Origin: Prevotella sp.
GTDB lineage: Bacteria; Bacteroidota; Bacteroidia; Bacteroidales; Bacteroidaceae
Direction of reading: 5' to 3'
Length of the DNA stretch: 64,000 nucleotides
Assembly: GCA_050946475.1 (NCBI GenBank)
Contig: JBMNUW010000001.1
Location: 515 to 64,514 of the forward strand
Shown: positions 27,567 through 36,390 of the stretch, one piece after another
How positions within the stretch are numbered: position 1 is the stretch's first letter
Layout of the letters: each line of letters begins with the position of its first letter
Notes under the pieces: generated by a model
Told to the model about the DNA's origin: nothing
The model's database searches: none
Seen by the model: the letters and a program-made list of their open reading frames with translations, nothing else
Program-made: the position numbers and the translations under genes

Positions 27567-28063
27567 GTGGAATGGAGATAGAGAGGAAATTCCTTGTGAG
27601 AAAGGGCGGGAGCTTCAAGCACCAGGCCCTTTCTTTTTCCCATATTCAGCAAGGCTACATTCGCGCAGAAGGAGCTACCGTCCGTGTAAGGATTCGCGAC
27701 GACAAGGCATACCTCACCATTAAGAGTAGAAGTCGCGACGGTGGACTCTCGCGCTATGAGTTTGAGAAGGAAATTACGCTCGACGAGGCTTCCCACTTGA
27801 TGAAGCTTTGTTCTGGAGGCGTAATCGACAAGCATCGCTATCTCGTCAAGAGTGGCAACCACACCTTCGAAGTCGATGAATTTCACGGCGCCAACGAGGG
27901 ACTTGTCATGGCAGAGGTAGAACTTTCATCCTCCGACGAACCTTTCACAAAACCCGACTTTATCGGTCCGGAAGTGACGGGCGATTCCCATTTCTACAAC
28001 TCACACCTGCTCATCGAGCCTTATTCCTCTTGGAAAGAACTCGTGCCAGAGGAATTCCGATAA
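27563..28063 (+). CDS. CYTH (triphosphate tunnel metalloenzyme) domain protein
   Basis: MSGMEIERKFLV carries the ExExK signature. 166 aa when started at ATG 27563. Confidence 0.85.
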   Translation: MSGMEIERKFLVRKGGSFKHQALSFSHIQQGYIRAEGATVRVRIRDDKAYLTIKSRSRDGGLSRYEFEKEITLDEASHLMKLCSGGVIDKHRYLVKSGNHTFEVDEFHGANEGLVMAEVELSSSDEPFTKPDFIGPEVTGDSHFYNSHLLIEPYSSWKELVPEEFR

Positions 28064-28415
28064 TCTGACCAAGCAAGACACCTACACCGTCGGCAGCGAA
28101 ATCAATCCAATCCCCGCTGCGTCGCCCGCCTGTACATGTGGCTTGAACTATTTCAATAGCACCACCCATCAACAGTGGTATAAGAAAGAACCAAAACAAC
28201 ACATAACGGAACTTCCGTTCAGGCGACCGCCAGCCATATTCTGACCATAACGAGACACATAATAGTGCATATAAAGCCACGTGCGTCCACTTGTCTATCA
28301 GACTCACGTGGCTCAACGGTGTCTCCGGAATAGGAATAAGACATATCACCCATATTATTATAATAAAGGATATAGAAATGGGGTATATTCTTAACAATTT
28401 ACAACCGAAAGCCAT
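28011..28415 (-). CDS. VanZ-family membrane protein
   Basis: ATG 28415 (MAFGCKLL). DKWTHVALYALL and EIVQ...RRSGDWIDFAADGVGVLLG resemble VanZ-like motifs. Its 3' end overlaps the CYTH gene by 53 nt. Confidence 0.7.
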   Translation of the reverse strand: MAFGCKLLRIYPISISFIIIIWVICLIPIPETPLSHVSLIDKWTHVALYALLCVSLWSEYGWRSPERKFRYVLFWFFLIPLLMGGAIEIVQATCTGGRRSGDWIDFAADGVGVLLGQIIGIPLARVLSKRNKAR

Positions 28416-28435
28416 AATATCTTTGTTTTTTGATG

Positions 28436-28443
28436 CAAAAGTA
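28436..28443 (-). promoter_or_regulatory. -7 promoter element (TACTTTTG) for the VanZ-family gene
   Basis: The + strand reads CAAAAGTA, 21 nt upstream of ATG 28415. Confidence 0.4.
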
Positions 28444-28455
28444 GATAATATTTTA

Positions 28456-28463
28456 TAATTTTG
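28456..28463 (+). promoter_or_regulatory. -7 promoter element (TAATTTTG) for the SNF transporter pair
   Basis: Exact TAnnTTTG match about 110 nt upstream of ATG 28573. Confidence 0.4.
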
Positions 28464-28572
28464 CAAACGATAACCTGTTTAAACAATGGTTTCATGCTAT
28501 TTGCAGAATCGCTTTGTTCCTGCACGCGAGGAGCAGACTCATGCTGCAAACGAAAACAAACATACTATTATC

Positions 28573-29931
28573 ATGTCAGAAAACAGAGCCAATTTTGGAA
28601 GCAAGATAGGAATGATTTTAGCCACGGCGGGTGGTGCTGTAGGACTGGGCAATGTCTGGCGTTTCCCCTACATGGCAGGAGAGAACGGCGGCGCAGCTTT
28701 CATCTTGATTTACATTTTTTGCGTCGTTCTCTTAGGTATACCATGTATGATTTCAGAGTTCATCATCGGCAGACATGGGGCGGCGAACACTTACAGAGCC
28801 TATTCGAAAATGGCCCACGGCTCAGCTTGGAAATACGTCGGACTGCTCGGTGTCATCACCGGATTCCTCATCACCGGTTATTATGCCGTGGTATCGGGAT
28901 GGTGCCTCCAGTATATCTATGCTTCCGTCATGGGCGAGCTTCACGGCAACGCCAACTACGTGCAAGAATATTTCACCACTTTCTCCACTTCACCCGTCCG
29001 TCCCGTCTTCTGGCTGGCTGTGGTGCTGCTGCTCTGCCACTTCGTTATCATTCATGGCGTTCGTGGTGGCATTGAGCGGGCCAGCAAAGTGATGATGCCT
29101 ACCCTCTTTATTCTGTTGCTCATCATCGTGGTGGCTTCGTGTATGCTGCCTGGAGCTTCAAAGGGCATCGCTTTCCTGTTCCAGCCCGATTTTGGAAAGC
29201 TTAATCAGGGAGTCTTTCTCGGTGCCTTGGGACAGAGCTTCTATTCGCTGAGTATTGCTATGGGCTGCATCTGCACCTATGCGAGCTACTTCAGTCGACA
29301 AACCAATCTTTTCAATTCGGCAGTACAAGTGTCGCTCGTCGATACGTTCATAGCCATCCTCGCCGGACTAATGATTTTCCCCGCAGCCTTCTCTGTAGGC
29401 GTCAATCCTGACAGTGGTCCCTCCCTCATCTTCATCACCCTGCCCAACGTATTCAATCAGGCTTTCGCCTCCATGCCCGCTGTAGGATGGATAGTATCGC
29501 TTTTGTTCTATGGGCTTCTTTCACTCGCTGCCCTCACTTCTTTGATGTCACTCCATGAAGTAAGCACGGCTTTTTTCTATGAGGAACTTCACATTACCCG
29601 TAAGAAAGGCGCATGGATAGTCACCGTGAGCACTTTCATCATCGGTATGTTCTGTTCGCTCTCCTTGGGCGATCTTAATGAACTGTCGATAGGCGGCAAG
29701 CCACTCTTCGACTTGTTCGACTTCGTGACAGGTCAGATTTTCCTCCCCATTGGAGGTTTCCTCACCTGCATCTTCATCGGATGGGTAGTGCCACGGAAGC
29801 TGGTGCACGATGAGTTCACCAACTGGGGCACCCTTCGCGGACGCTTTTTCGGCGTCTATCTCTTTCTGGTGCGCTATATCTGCCCGTTGGCCATCCTCTC
29901 CATCTTTCTCCATCAGTTCAACGTATTCTAA
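28573..29931 (+). CDS. Sodium-dependent transporter, SNF (neurotransmitter:sodium symporter) family, copy 1
   Basis: ATG 28573 (MSENRANFGSKIGMILATAGGAVGLGNVWRFPY). 11-12 hydrophobic segments. Confidence 0.9.
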   Translation: MSENRANFGSKIGMILATAGGAVGLGNVWRFPYMAGENGGAAFILIYIFCVVLLGIPCMISEFIIGRHGAANTYRAYSKMAHGSAWKYVGLLGVITGFLITGYYAVVSGWCLQYIYASVMGELHGNANYVQEYFTTFSTSPVRPVFWLAVVLLLCHFVIIHGVRGGIERASKVMMPTLFILLLIIVVASCMLPGASKGIAFLFQPDFGKLNQGVFLGALGQSFYSLSIAMGCICTYASYFSRQTNLFNSAVQVSLVDTFIAILAGLMIFPAAFSVGVNPDSGPSLIFITLPNVFNQAFASMPAVGWIVSLLFYGLLSLAALTSLMSLHEVSTAFFYEELHITRKKGAWIVTVSTFIIGMFCSLSLGDLNELSIGGKPLFDLFDFVTGQIFLPIGGFLTCIFIGWVVPRKLVHDEFTNWGTLRGRFFGVYLFLVRYICPLAILSIFLHQFNVF

Positions 29932-29943
29932 ACCGGACAAGAT

Positions 29944-31287
29944 ATGACGGAACGAGGTAATTTCGGAACAAAAATCGGTGTGATTCTCGCTACGGCGGGT
30001 TCAGCTGTAGGATTGGGAAACATCTGGCGTTTCCCTTATATGACAGGACAAGACGGAGGTGCTGCTTTCATCGTGGTCTATCTTGTCTGCGTCTTTCTGT
30101 TAGGCATCCCCGGCATGGTAGCAGAATTTGTCGTTGGCCGTCACGGAGCATCCAACGCCATGCGTGCCTACAGTAGAATAGGTGGTCGCGGCTGGGGCAT
30201 CGTAGGACTGGTAGGTGCTTTCACCTCCATGATTATCCTCGGTTTCTATGCTGTGATAGCCGGCTGGTGTCTGCAATATCTTATGGCCTCCCTCTTTGGT
30301 CAATTACGTGGCGACGCCACCTATGTGCAACAGTATTTCAAGACTTTTACCTCCGACCCTATCCAACCTGTGGTATGGACCGTCGGCTTCATTCTCCTCA
30401 CCCATCTTGTTGTCATCCGTGGCGTACGACGCGGCATAGAACGTTTCAGTAACATGCTGATGCCTACGCTCTTTGTGCTACTCATCGTCATTGTGGTGGC
30501 TTCGTGTCTGCTGCCCGGAGCAGGAGACGGCATACGTTTTCTCTTTCAACCCGATTTTTCGAAACTCAATCAGTCCGTCATGCTCGATGCTCTCGGTCAG
30601 GCATTTTTCTCCTTATCCTTAGGTACGGCATGTCTCTGCACCTACGCCAGCTATTTCAGTCGACAGACCAACCTGCTGAAATCCGCCGGACAGATTGCCG
30701 GACTCGACACGCTTATCGCCATCCTTGCCGGTCTGATGATTTTCCCTGCCGCCTTCTCCGTAGGTGTACAACCGGACAGTGGCCCCTCTCTTATCTTCAT
30801 CACCCTTCCCAACGTATTCCAGCAAGCCTTCTCGCCCACCTTGGGATACATCATCGGCATTCTCTTCTACGCCCTCCTCTCACTAGCAGCCCTCACTTCT
30901 ACCATCTCCATGCACGAGATAGGTACAGCCGTCTTCTTCGAGGAGCTCCACATCTCACGCAAATGGGGTGCCGTCATTGAAACGGTAATATGCTGCATCA
31001 TCGGAGTGCTCTGCAGTCTCTCCTGCGGTGCCGTTCGCATAGAAGTGCTGGGGCAGAGCTTCCTTGACTTCTGCGACTTCCTTACCTCCGACATTCTATT
31101 AGTGGGCGGTTCCTTTGTCACCTGTATTCTCGTAGGCTGGCGAGTGCCTAAACGAATTGTGCTCGACGAAATAACCAACTGGGGCACCCTCTCCTCCCGT
31201 CTCTTCCCAATCTGGTATTTCATTATCCGGTTTGTCTCACCCACATGCATCCTTTTGATTTTCCTGCACCTGATGGGAGTGATTTAA
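29944..31287 (+). CDS. Sodium-dependent transporter, SNF family, copy 2 (tandem paralog)
   Basis: MTERGNFGTKIGVILATAGSAVGLGNIWRFPY. Collinear with copy 1 along its whole length. Confidence 0.9.
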   Translation: MTERGNFGTKIGVILATAGSAVGLGNIWRFPYMTGQDGGAAFIVVYLVCVFLLGIPGMVAEFVVGRHGASNAMRAYSRIGGRGWGIVGLVGAFTSMIILGFYAVIAGWCLQYLMASLFGQLRGDATYVQQYFKTFTSDPIQPVVWTVGFILLTHLVVIRGVRRGIERFSNMLMPTLFVLLIVIVVASCLLPGAGDGIRFLFQPDFSKLNQSVMLDALGQAFFSLSLGTACLCTYASYFSRQTNLLKSAGQIAGLDTLIAILAGLMIFPAAFSVGVQPDSGPSLIFITLPNVFQQAFSPTLGYIIGILFYALLSLAALTSTISMHEIGTAVFFEELHISRKWGAVIETVICCIIGVLCSLSCGAVRIEVLGQSFLDFCDFLTSDILLVGGSFVTCILVGWRVPKRIVLDEITNWGTLSSRLFPIWYFIIRFVSPTCILLIFLHLMGVI

Positions 31288-31466
31288 GGACTTTATTATT
31301 CGGACGAGACAACATAAACAGCTATGAATCATCGTTATTCAAGAGAAAAACAACGGAGAAAGACCACACTAATCATCTCATAACATAACGATAAGTAGCT
31401 GTTTGTATGCTGTCAATGAGTTTTGAATAGAAAAATTTGAAAGAAAATTATATTGCTCAATAAGAC

Positions 31467-31507
31467 AAAAACGCGCCGAAGCAAATTAGCTTTGGCGCGT
31501 TTTTTTA
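31467..31507 (+). terminator. Rho-independent terminator after the SNF transporter pair
   Basis: Stem ACGCGCCGAAGC (31471-31482) pairs with GCTTTGGCGCGT (31489-31500), followed by T7. Confidence 0.75.
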
Positions 31508-31544
31508 TTTATTCTATTACCGCAAATCAATGCGGTAGCCTAAT

Positions 31545-31572
31545 TATGAACTATGCATTATGAATTATGCTA
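31545..31572 (+). repeat. Heptamer array TATGAAC TATGCAT TATGAAT TATGCTA
   Basis: Four tandem 7-mers, preceded by CAAATCAATGCGGTAGCCTAAT. Confidence 0.8.
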
Positions 31573-31619
31573 AAACGTTCATTAACTTCGTCCACCTCAA
31601 ATCATCGCGGTAGCCTGAT

Positions 31620-31649
31620 TATGCATTATGAATTATGCATTATGAATTA
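31620..31649 (+). repeat. Heptamer array TATGCAT TATGAAT TATGCAT TATGAAT TA
   Basis: Four tandem 7-mers, preceded by CAAATCATCGCGGTAGCCTGAT. The whole unit repeats the one 75 bp upstream. Confidence 0.85.
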
Positions 31650-31671
31650 AAAAAGCGCATTACGCTTTTTT
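31649..31671 (-). terminator. Hairpin/T-tract terminator overlapping the ackA stop codon
   Basis: AAAAAAGCG-CATTA-CGCTTTTTT. On the minus strand the stem is followed by TTTTTT. The ackA stop is at 31660-31662. Confidence 0.55.
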
Positions 31672-32868
31672 CAAACCTTTTACCAGTTCTACAGTATCAC
31701 GGGCAATGACGATTTCCTCGTCGGTAGGAATCATAACCACCTTCACCTTAGAGTCATCAGCGGAGAGCACCTGCTCCACGCTACGGCAGTGGTTGCGCTG
31801 GCGGTCCATCTTCACGCCGAGGTATTCGAGACCCTGGCAGGCATCCCAGCGCACACCTTCCTGATTCTCGCCCACACCGGCAGTGAACACAATGATATCC
31901 ACACCGTTCATGGCAGCAGCATAAGCACCGATGTACTTCTTGATGCGGTAATTGTACATCTGCAAAGCAAGGTGAGCACGCTCGTTACCCTCATTGTCGG
32001 CCTGCTCGATGTCACGCATATCCGACGACATGCCTGTGATACCTAACACACCACATTCCTTGTTGAGGTATTCAGCCATCTCCTGCGGAGTCTTGTGCAG
32101 CTTGTCCATGATGTAAGTCACGGCACTGGGGTCGATGTCACCGGAACGTGAACCCATCATCAGTCCAGCCAACGGGGTAAGTCCCATAGAAGTGTCGATG
32201 ACCTTGCCGTACTTCACGGCAGCCACTGAAGCGCCGTTTCCAATGTGGCAGGTGATGATTTTCTGTGTCTTGATGTCAACACCGAGGAACTCGCATACAC
32301 GCTGTGAAACGTAGCGATGAGAAGTTCCGTGGAAGCCGTAGCGGCGCACGTGATATTTCTCATAAAGCTCATAGGGCACGGCATAGAGATAGGCGTAGGG
32401 AGGCATGGTGCTGTGGAAAGCATTGTCGAACACGGTGACCTGAGGCACATTGGGCATAAGGGCATCCACGGCACGGATACCGCGAAGGTGACCGGCGTTG
32501 TGAACGGGAGCGAGGTCGATAAGGCTCTCAATACCCTTCTCCACTTCCGGTGTCACGATGCAGCTCTTCTCAAAGAGGTCACCACCCTGCACGATACGGT
32601 GACCTACAGCATCAATCTCGTCGAGGCTCTTGATGGCGCCGATTTCAGGGTCGAGCAACACTTTGAACACCAATGCCACGCCCTCCTTGTGAGTGGGCAG
32701 GTCGGCCATGATCTTTTTCTTCTCGCCATTGTCGAGTTTCACTTTGATGAAGGCATCGTCCAAGCCGATACGCTCTACGCCACCCTGGGCCAGAACGCTC
32801 TCGTTGTCCATGTTGTACAACTTGTATTTGATGGACGAACTTCCACAGTTCAATACCAGAACTTTCAT
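31660..32868 (-). CDS. ackA: Acetate kinase
   Basis: MKVLVLNCGSSSIKY N-terminus. 402 aa. ASKHA-fold motifs throughout. Confidence 0.97.
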   Translation of the reverse strand: MKVLVLNCGSSSIKYKLYNMDNESVLAQGGVERIGLDDAFIKVKLDNGEKKKIMADLPTHKEGVALVFKVLLDPEIGAIKSLDEIDAVGHRIVQGGDLFEKSCIVTPEVEKGIESLIDLAPVHNAGHLRGIRAVDALMPNVPQVTVFDNAFHSTMPPYAYLYAVPYELYEKYHVRRYGFHGTSHRYVSQRVCEFLGVDIKTQKIITCHIGNGASVAAVKYGKVIDTSMGLTPLAGLMMGSRSGDIDPSAVTYIMDKLHKTPQEMAEYLNKECGVLGITGMSSDMRDIEQADNEGNERAHLALQMYNYRIKKYIGAYAAAMNGVDIIVFTAGVGENQEGVRWDACQGLEYLGVKMDRQRNHCRSVEQVLSADDSKVKVVMIPTDEEIVIARDTVELVKGLKKA

Positions 32869-32922
32869 AATCTTTTTTCTGTTTTTGTATATATTAAATT
32901 CGTATGATTCGGTGTCTTCGGG

Positions 32923-33969
32923 TTATGCCTTCTTGGCATCCTGTGCCTGGCAGGCGGTAATGGCCACCATGTAATAGATGTCGTCAACGGAACAGCCACG
33001 GCTCAAATCGTTTACAGGACGAGCGATACCCTGCAGCACGGGACCGATTGCCTGTGCATCGCCGAGACGCTGTACCAGTTTATAGCCGATGTTTCCAACT
33101 TCAAGGTTAGGCACTACGAGCACGTTGGCGTGACCGGCAATAGAAGAACCGGGAGCCTTCTTGGCAGCCACCTCGGGTACGAGAGCAGCATCTGCCTGCA
33201 ACTCACCGTCAACCAAGAGGTCGGGATACTGCTCATGAGCGATGCGTGTGGCATCCACCACCTTGTCAATGACATAAACACTCTTACCGGTGGTCTTGTC
33301 GATGGCATCCTTGGCAGAGCCCTTGGTGGAATAGCTCAGCATGGCTACGCGAGGCTCTGGTACGCCGCAGAGCACGCGGGCAGTCTGTGCAGTACAGTAA
33401 GCAATTTCAGCCAACTGTTCGGCAGTGGGCTGCGGGGTTACGGCAACATCGCCCATCACGATGACACCATCCTTACCGAACTGATGCTCATGAGTAACGA
33501 GAATCATGGCACCGCTCACGGTATGTACGCCAGGAGCACATTTTATGATTTGCAGGGCAGGACGCAGTGTATCGCCGGTAGTGCTGAGAGCACCGCTGAT
33601 TTGTCCGTCGGCATCGCCTGTCTTGATAATCATGCAACCCAAATAAAGATTGTTCTTTGTCACAAGTTCGCGAGCTTGCTCAATGGTCATGCCCTTCTTC
33701 TTGCGCAACTCAGCGAGCAAGGCAGCATATTCCTCGCTCTTCTCGCAGTGAAGCGGATCGATGATGGTAGCCTTGTCGATGTTGTTGAGTCCCCACTGGG
33801 CAGCTTCTTTCTTGATGTTCTCGGGGTTACCGATAAGGATAAGGTCAGCAAGATTGTTGGCCAGAACTTTGTCGGCAGCTTTCAGAGTGCGTTCTTCCTC
33901 GGCTTCGGGAAGAACGATGCGCTGCTTGTCGGCTTTAGCACGCGCTACAATTTGTTCTAATAAACCCAT
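32923..33969 (-). CDS. pta: Phosphate acetyltransferase
   Basis: 348 aa. Short-form Pta with RIVLPEAEEERTLKAA and the C-terminal NDLSRGCS motif. Adjacent to ackA. Confidence 0.95.
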   Translation of the reverse strand: MGLLEQIVARAKADKQRIVLPEAEEERTLKAADKVLANNLADLILIGNPENIKKEAAQWGLNNIDKATIIDPLHCEKSEEYAALLAELRKKKGMTIEQARELVTKNNLYLGCMIIKTGDADGQISGALSTTGDTLRPALQIIKCAPGVHTVSGAMILVTHEHQFGKDGVIVMGDVAVTPQPTAEQLAEIAYCTAQTARVLCGVPEPRVAMLSYSTKGSAKDAIDKTTGKSVYVIDKVVDATRIAHEQYPDLLVDGELQADAALVPEVAAKKAPGSSIAGHANVLVVPNLEVGNIGYKLVQRLGDAQAIGPVLQGIARPVNDLSRGCSVDDIYYMVAITACQAQDAKKA

Positions 33970-34008
33970 AATATGATGTTATTCAATGTTGTTAGTATGA
34001 ACTATTTG

Positions 34009-34016
34009 CAAAGTTA
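34009..34016 (-). promoter_or_regulatory. -7 promoter element (TAACTTTG) for pta-ackA
   Basis: The + strand reads CAAAGTTA, 40 nt upstream of the pta ATG (33969). Confidence 0.45.
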
Positions 34017-34126
34017 ATCAATCTCAGCGAGTTGACCAATGAATTATTCGGCTAATTTGTGTAATCGTTTGCGTAATGGAGAAAACGAATTTCTTCACAC
34101 GATGGCAACACAAATGTAATCCTTTG

Positions 34127-34900
34127 TCACGACAACTCCTTGGCGAGCACAGCCTCGAGTTCTTCTGCTGAAAGACGCAGACGGAATTCACCCTTGATGG
34201 CAACGGAGATGCGTCCTGTCTCCTCGCTCACCACTACGGCAATGGCATCAGAGTCCTGAGAAATACCCATGGCAGCACGGTGACGAAGACCCAGTTCCTT
34301 GGGAATGTCCATATTGTGCGACACGGGAAGGATGCAGCCCGCTGCCTTGATGCGTTTCTTGGAAATAATCATGGCGCCGTCGTGGAGTGGCGAATTTTTG
34401 AAGAAAATGTTTTCTATGAGCAGCTTATTGATTTTGGCGTCGATTATCTCTCCGGTATTGACAATGTCTTCCAGGGGAATAGCACGTTCGATGACGATGA
34501 GCGCACCCACCTTACCCTTGGACATATCCATACAGGCCCACACGATGGGCAAGATGGTTTCCTTGTCCTCCTCAGACTTGTCTCCCTTGCGGGAAGAGAA
34601 GAAACGGAGCATACTCTTCACCCGCTGGTGGGCACCAAGCTGATAAAGGAACTTTCGAAGTTCACCCTGGAAAAGCACGATGAGACCAATCACTCCTACA
34701 CTGACTAACTTGTCGAGAATAGAGCCTAACAGCCGCATCTCCAGCACCTGACTAACGAAGAGCCACACCAGGATGAACACCATGATTCCAATGAAGATGT
34801 TGAGTGAACGACTCTCCTTCATCAGCCGGTAGATATAATAGAGCATCAAGGCCACACAAAAGATGTCGATGATGTCTTTTATGCCAAAATCAAAAAACAT
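34127..34900 (-). CDS. cdaA: Diadenylate cyclase CdaA
   Basis: ATG 34900 (MFFDFGIKDIIDIF) and three N-terminal TM helices. DAC-domain motifs GALIVIE, PLHDGAMII, RHRAAMGIS and VVVSEETG. Confidence 0.9.
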   Translation of the reverse strand: MFFDFGIKDIIDIFCVALMLYYIYRLMKESRSLNIFIGIMVFILVWLFVSQVLEMRLLGSILDKLVSVGVIGLIVLFQGELRKFLYQLGAHQRVKSMLRFFSSRKGDKSEEDKETILPIVWACMDMSKGKVGALIVIERAIPLEDIVNTGEIIDAKINKLLIENIFFKNSPLHDGAMIISKKRIKAAGCILPVSHNMDIPKELGLRHRAAMGISQDSDAIAVVVSEETGRISVAIKGEFRLRLSAEELEAVLAKELS

Positions 34901-34924
34901 ATTAGCTGGATTAATTTCATTCTG

Positions 34925-34932
34925 CAAAGTTA
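34925..34932 (-). promoter_or_regulatory. -7 promoter element (TAACTTTG) for cdaA
   Basis: The + strand reads CAAAGTTA, 25 nt upstream of ATG 34900. This supports the shorter start. Confidence 0.45.
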
Positions 34933-35190
34933 AGGATTCAATCTTTTTCTTACAAGAAATAAAATGTAAAAAACCATAAGGCATCGTATGGAAACGAGTA
35001 AAAATGGACGACGAGGTCAAATAGATGCCCCAATTTTTGCCCATCTGAAATTAATATTGTAAATTCGCCGATAGAATTCATGCGGTCGGACGACTCGTAG
35101 AAGCATCGATTTAAAAGCCAAGACCGCCTGCAATCCGGGGCGCGGTATACTCCGGATGCCCGATTTAACAAGAAAAGTAAAGGAAATAAT

Positions 35191-35511
35191 ATGACTCAAG
35201 AGGAAAAGACACGTATAGAAGAGCGCATCGTAGATGTACTCAAGACCGTATATGACCCGGAAATCCCCGTAAACATCTGGGACCTGGGAATGATTTACAA
35301 GATTGACGTGAAAGACGATGCCACGGTGGATGTCGACATGACTTTCACGGCACCCTCATGTCCCGCCGCCGACTTCATACTGGAGGACGTGCGCACGAAA
35401 ATAGACAGCGTGGAAGGCGTCAAATCATCCAACGTCAATCTCGTCTTCGAGCCTGCCTGGGACCAGAGCATGATGACGGAAGAGGCTCGTGTGGAACTAG
35501 GACTGGACTGA
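35191..35511 (+). CDS. sufT: Fe-S cluster assembly factor SufT-like (DUF59/MIP18 family)
   Basis: VYDPEIPVNIWDLGMIY and the conserved Cys (TAPSCPAA). 106 aa. Confidence 0.8.
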   Translation: MTQEEKTRIEERIVDVLKTVYDPEIPVNIWDLGMIYKIDVKDDATVDVDMTFTAPSCPAADFILEDVRTKIDSVEGVKSSNVNLVFEPAWDQSMMTEEARVELGLD

Positions 35512-35539
35512 AGCCCGGTTCCTTAATAACAAAAGACTT

Positions 35540-36304
35540 ATGAAGAACGTGTATTTTCTGAGCGATGCCCACCTCGGCTCACTTGCCATTCCTCACCAGC
35601 GAACGCAAGAGCGAAGGTTGGTACGTTTTCTCGACAGCATCAAGAACAAGGCTGCAGCCGTGTATCTGATGGGCGACATGTTTGACTTTTGGGACGAATA
35701 CAAATATGTCGTGCCCAAAGGCTATACCCGTTTCCTCGGCAAAATCTCAGAGCTGACGGACATGGGAGTAGAGGTCCACTTCTTCACTGGTAACCACGAT
35801 ATATGGACCTACGGCTATCTGGAGGAGGAATGCGGCATGATTGTGCATCGCAAGCCCTTCACTACTGAAATCTATGGCCATGAGTTTTATCTGGCTCATG
35901 GAGACGGGCTGGGTGACCCTGACAACAAATACAAACTGCTCCGGCGTCTGTTCCACAATCGGTTATGCCAAAAGATGCTCAATTTCATGCATCCCTGGTG
36001 GGGTATGCAGCTGGGTCTGAACTGGGCAAAGCACAGCCGTCTGAAACGAGCCGACGGACATGAGCCGCCTTACATGGGCGAGGACAAGGAATTTCTCGTG
36101 CTTTGGACCAAAGAGTACATCAAGAATCATCCCAACATCGACTACTTTATCTATGGACACCGACACATCCAGCTGGACTTGATGTTGGGGCATCGTTCTC
36201 GCATGCTAATTCTCGGCGACTGGATATGGCAATACAGCTATGCCGTCTACGACGGCGAGCATCTCTTCTTAGAGGAATACGTAGAAGGAGAAAGCAAGCC
36301 CTAA
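35540..36304 (+). CDS. lpxH: UDP-2,3-diacylglucosamine diphosphatase
   Basis: Calcineurin-like metallophosphoesterase motifs FLSDAHLG, GDMFDFW and GNHD. Confidence 0.9.
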   Translation: MKNVYFLSDAHLGSLAIPHQRTQERRLVRFLDSIKNKAAAVYLMGDMFDFWDEYKYVVPKGYTRFLGKISELTDMGVEVHFFTGNHDIWTYGYLEEECGMIVHRKPFTTEIYGHEFYLAHGDGLGDPDNKYKLLRRLFHNRLCQKMLNFMHPWWGMQLGLNWAKHSRLKRADGHEPPYMGEDKEFLVLWTKEYIKNHPNIDYFIYGHRHIQLDLMLGHRSRMLILGDWIWQYSYAVYDGEHLFLEEYVEGESKP

Positions 36305-36390
36305 TCGGCACCTACCATATTTTCCGCCTTACGTTTTTATTTTGTAAAGGCGTAACTAATTTTTTATTTCATAAAAGCACGACCGAACAA

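Noticed and set aside
28011-28063. 53-nt convergent overlap of the CYTH and VanZ-family genes as a possible antisense regulatory feature or mis-annotation
   Set aside because: Both reading frames keep family-like sequence to their ends. Convergent 3' overlaps of this size occur without special function. I have nothing further to support a regulatory claim.
33130-33960. 276-aa plus-strand ORF antisense to pta (and similar long antisense ORFs opposite ackA, murF, murC, ftsW, murD, rsmH and the TPR gene)
   Set aside because: Each lies opposite a confidently identified housekeeping gene and shows no recognisable motifs. These are shadow ORFs.
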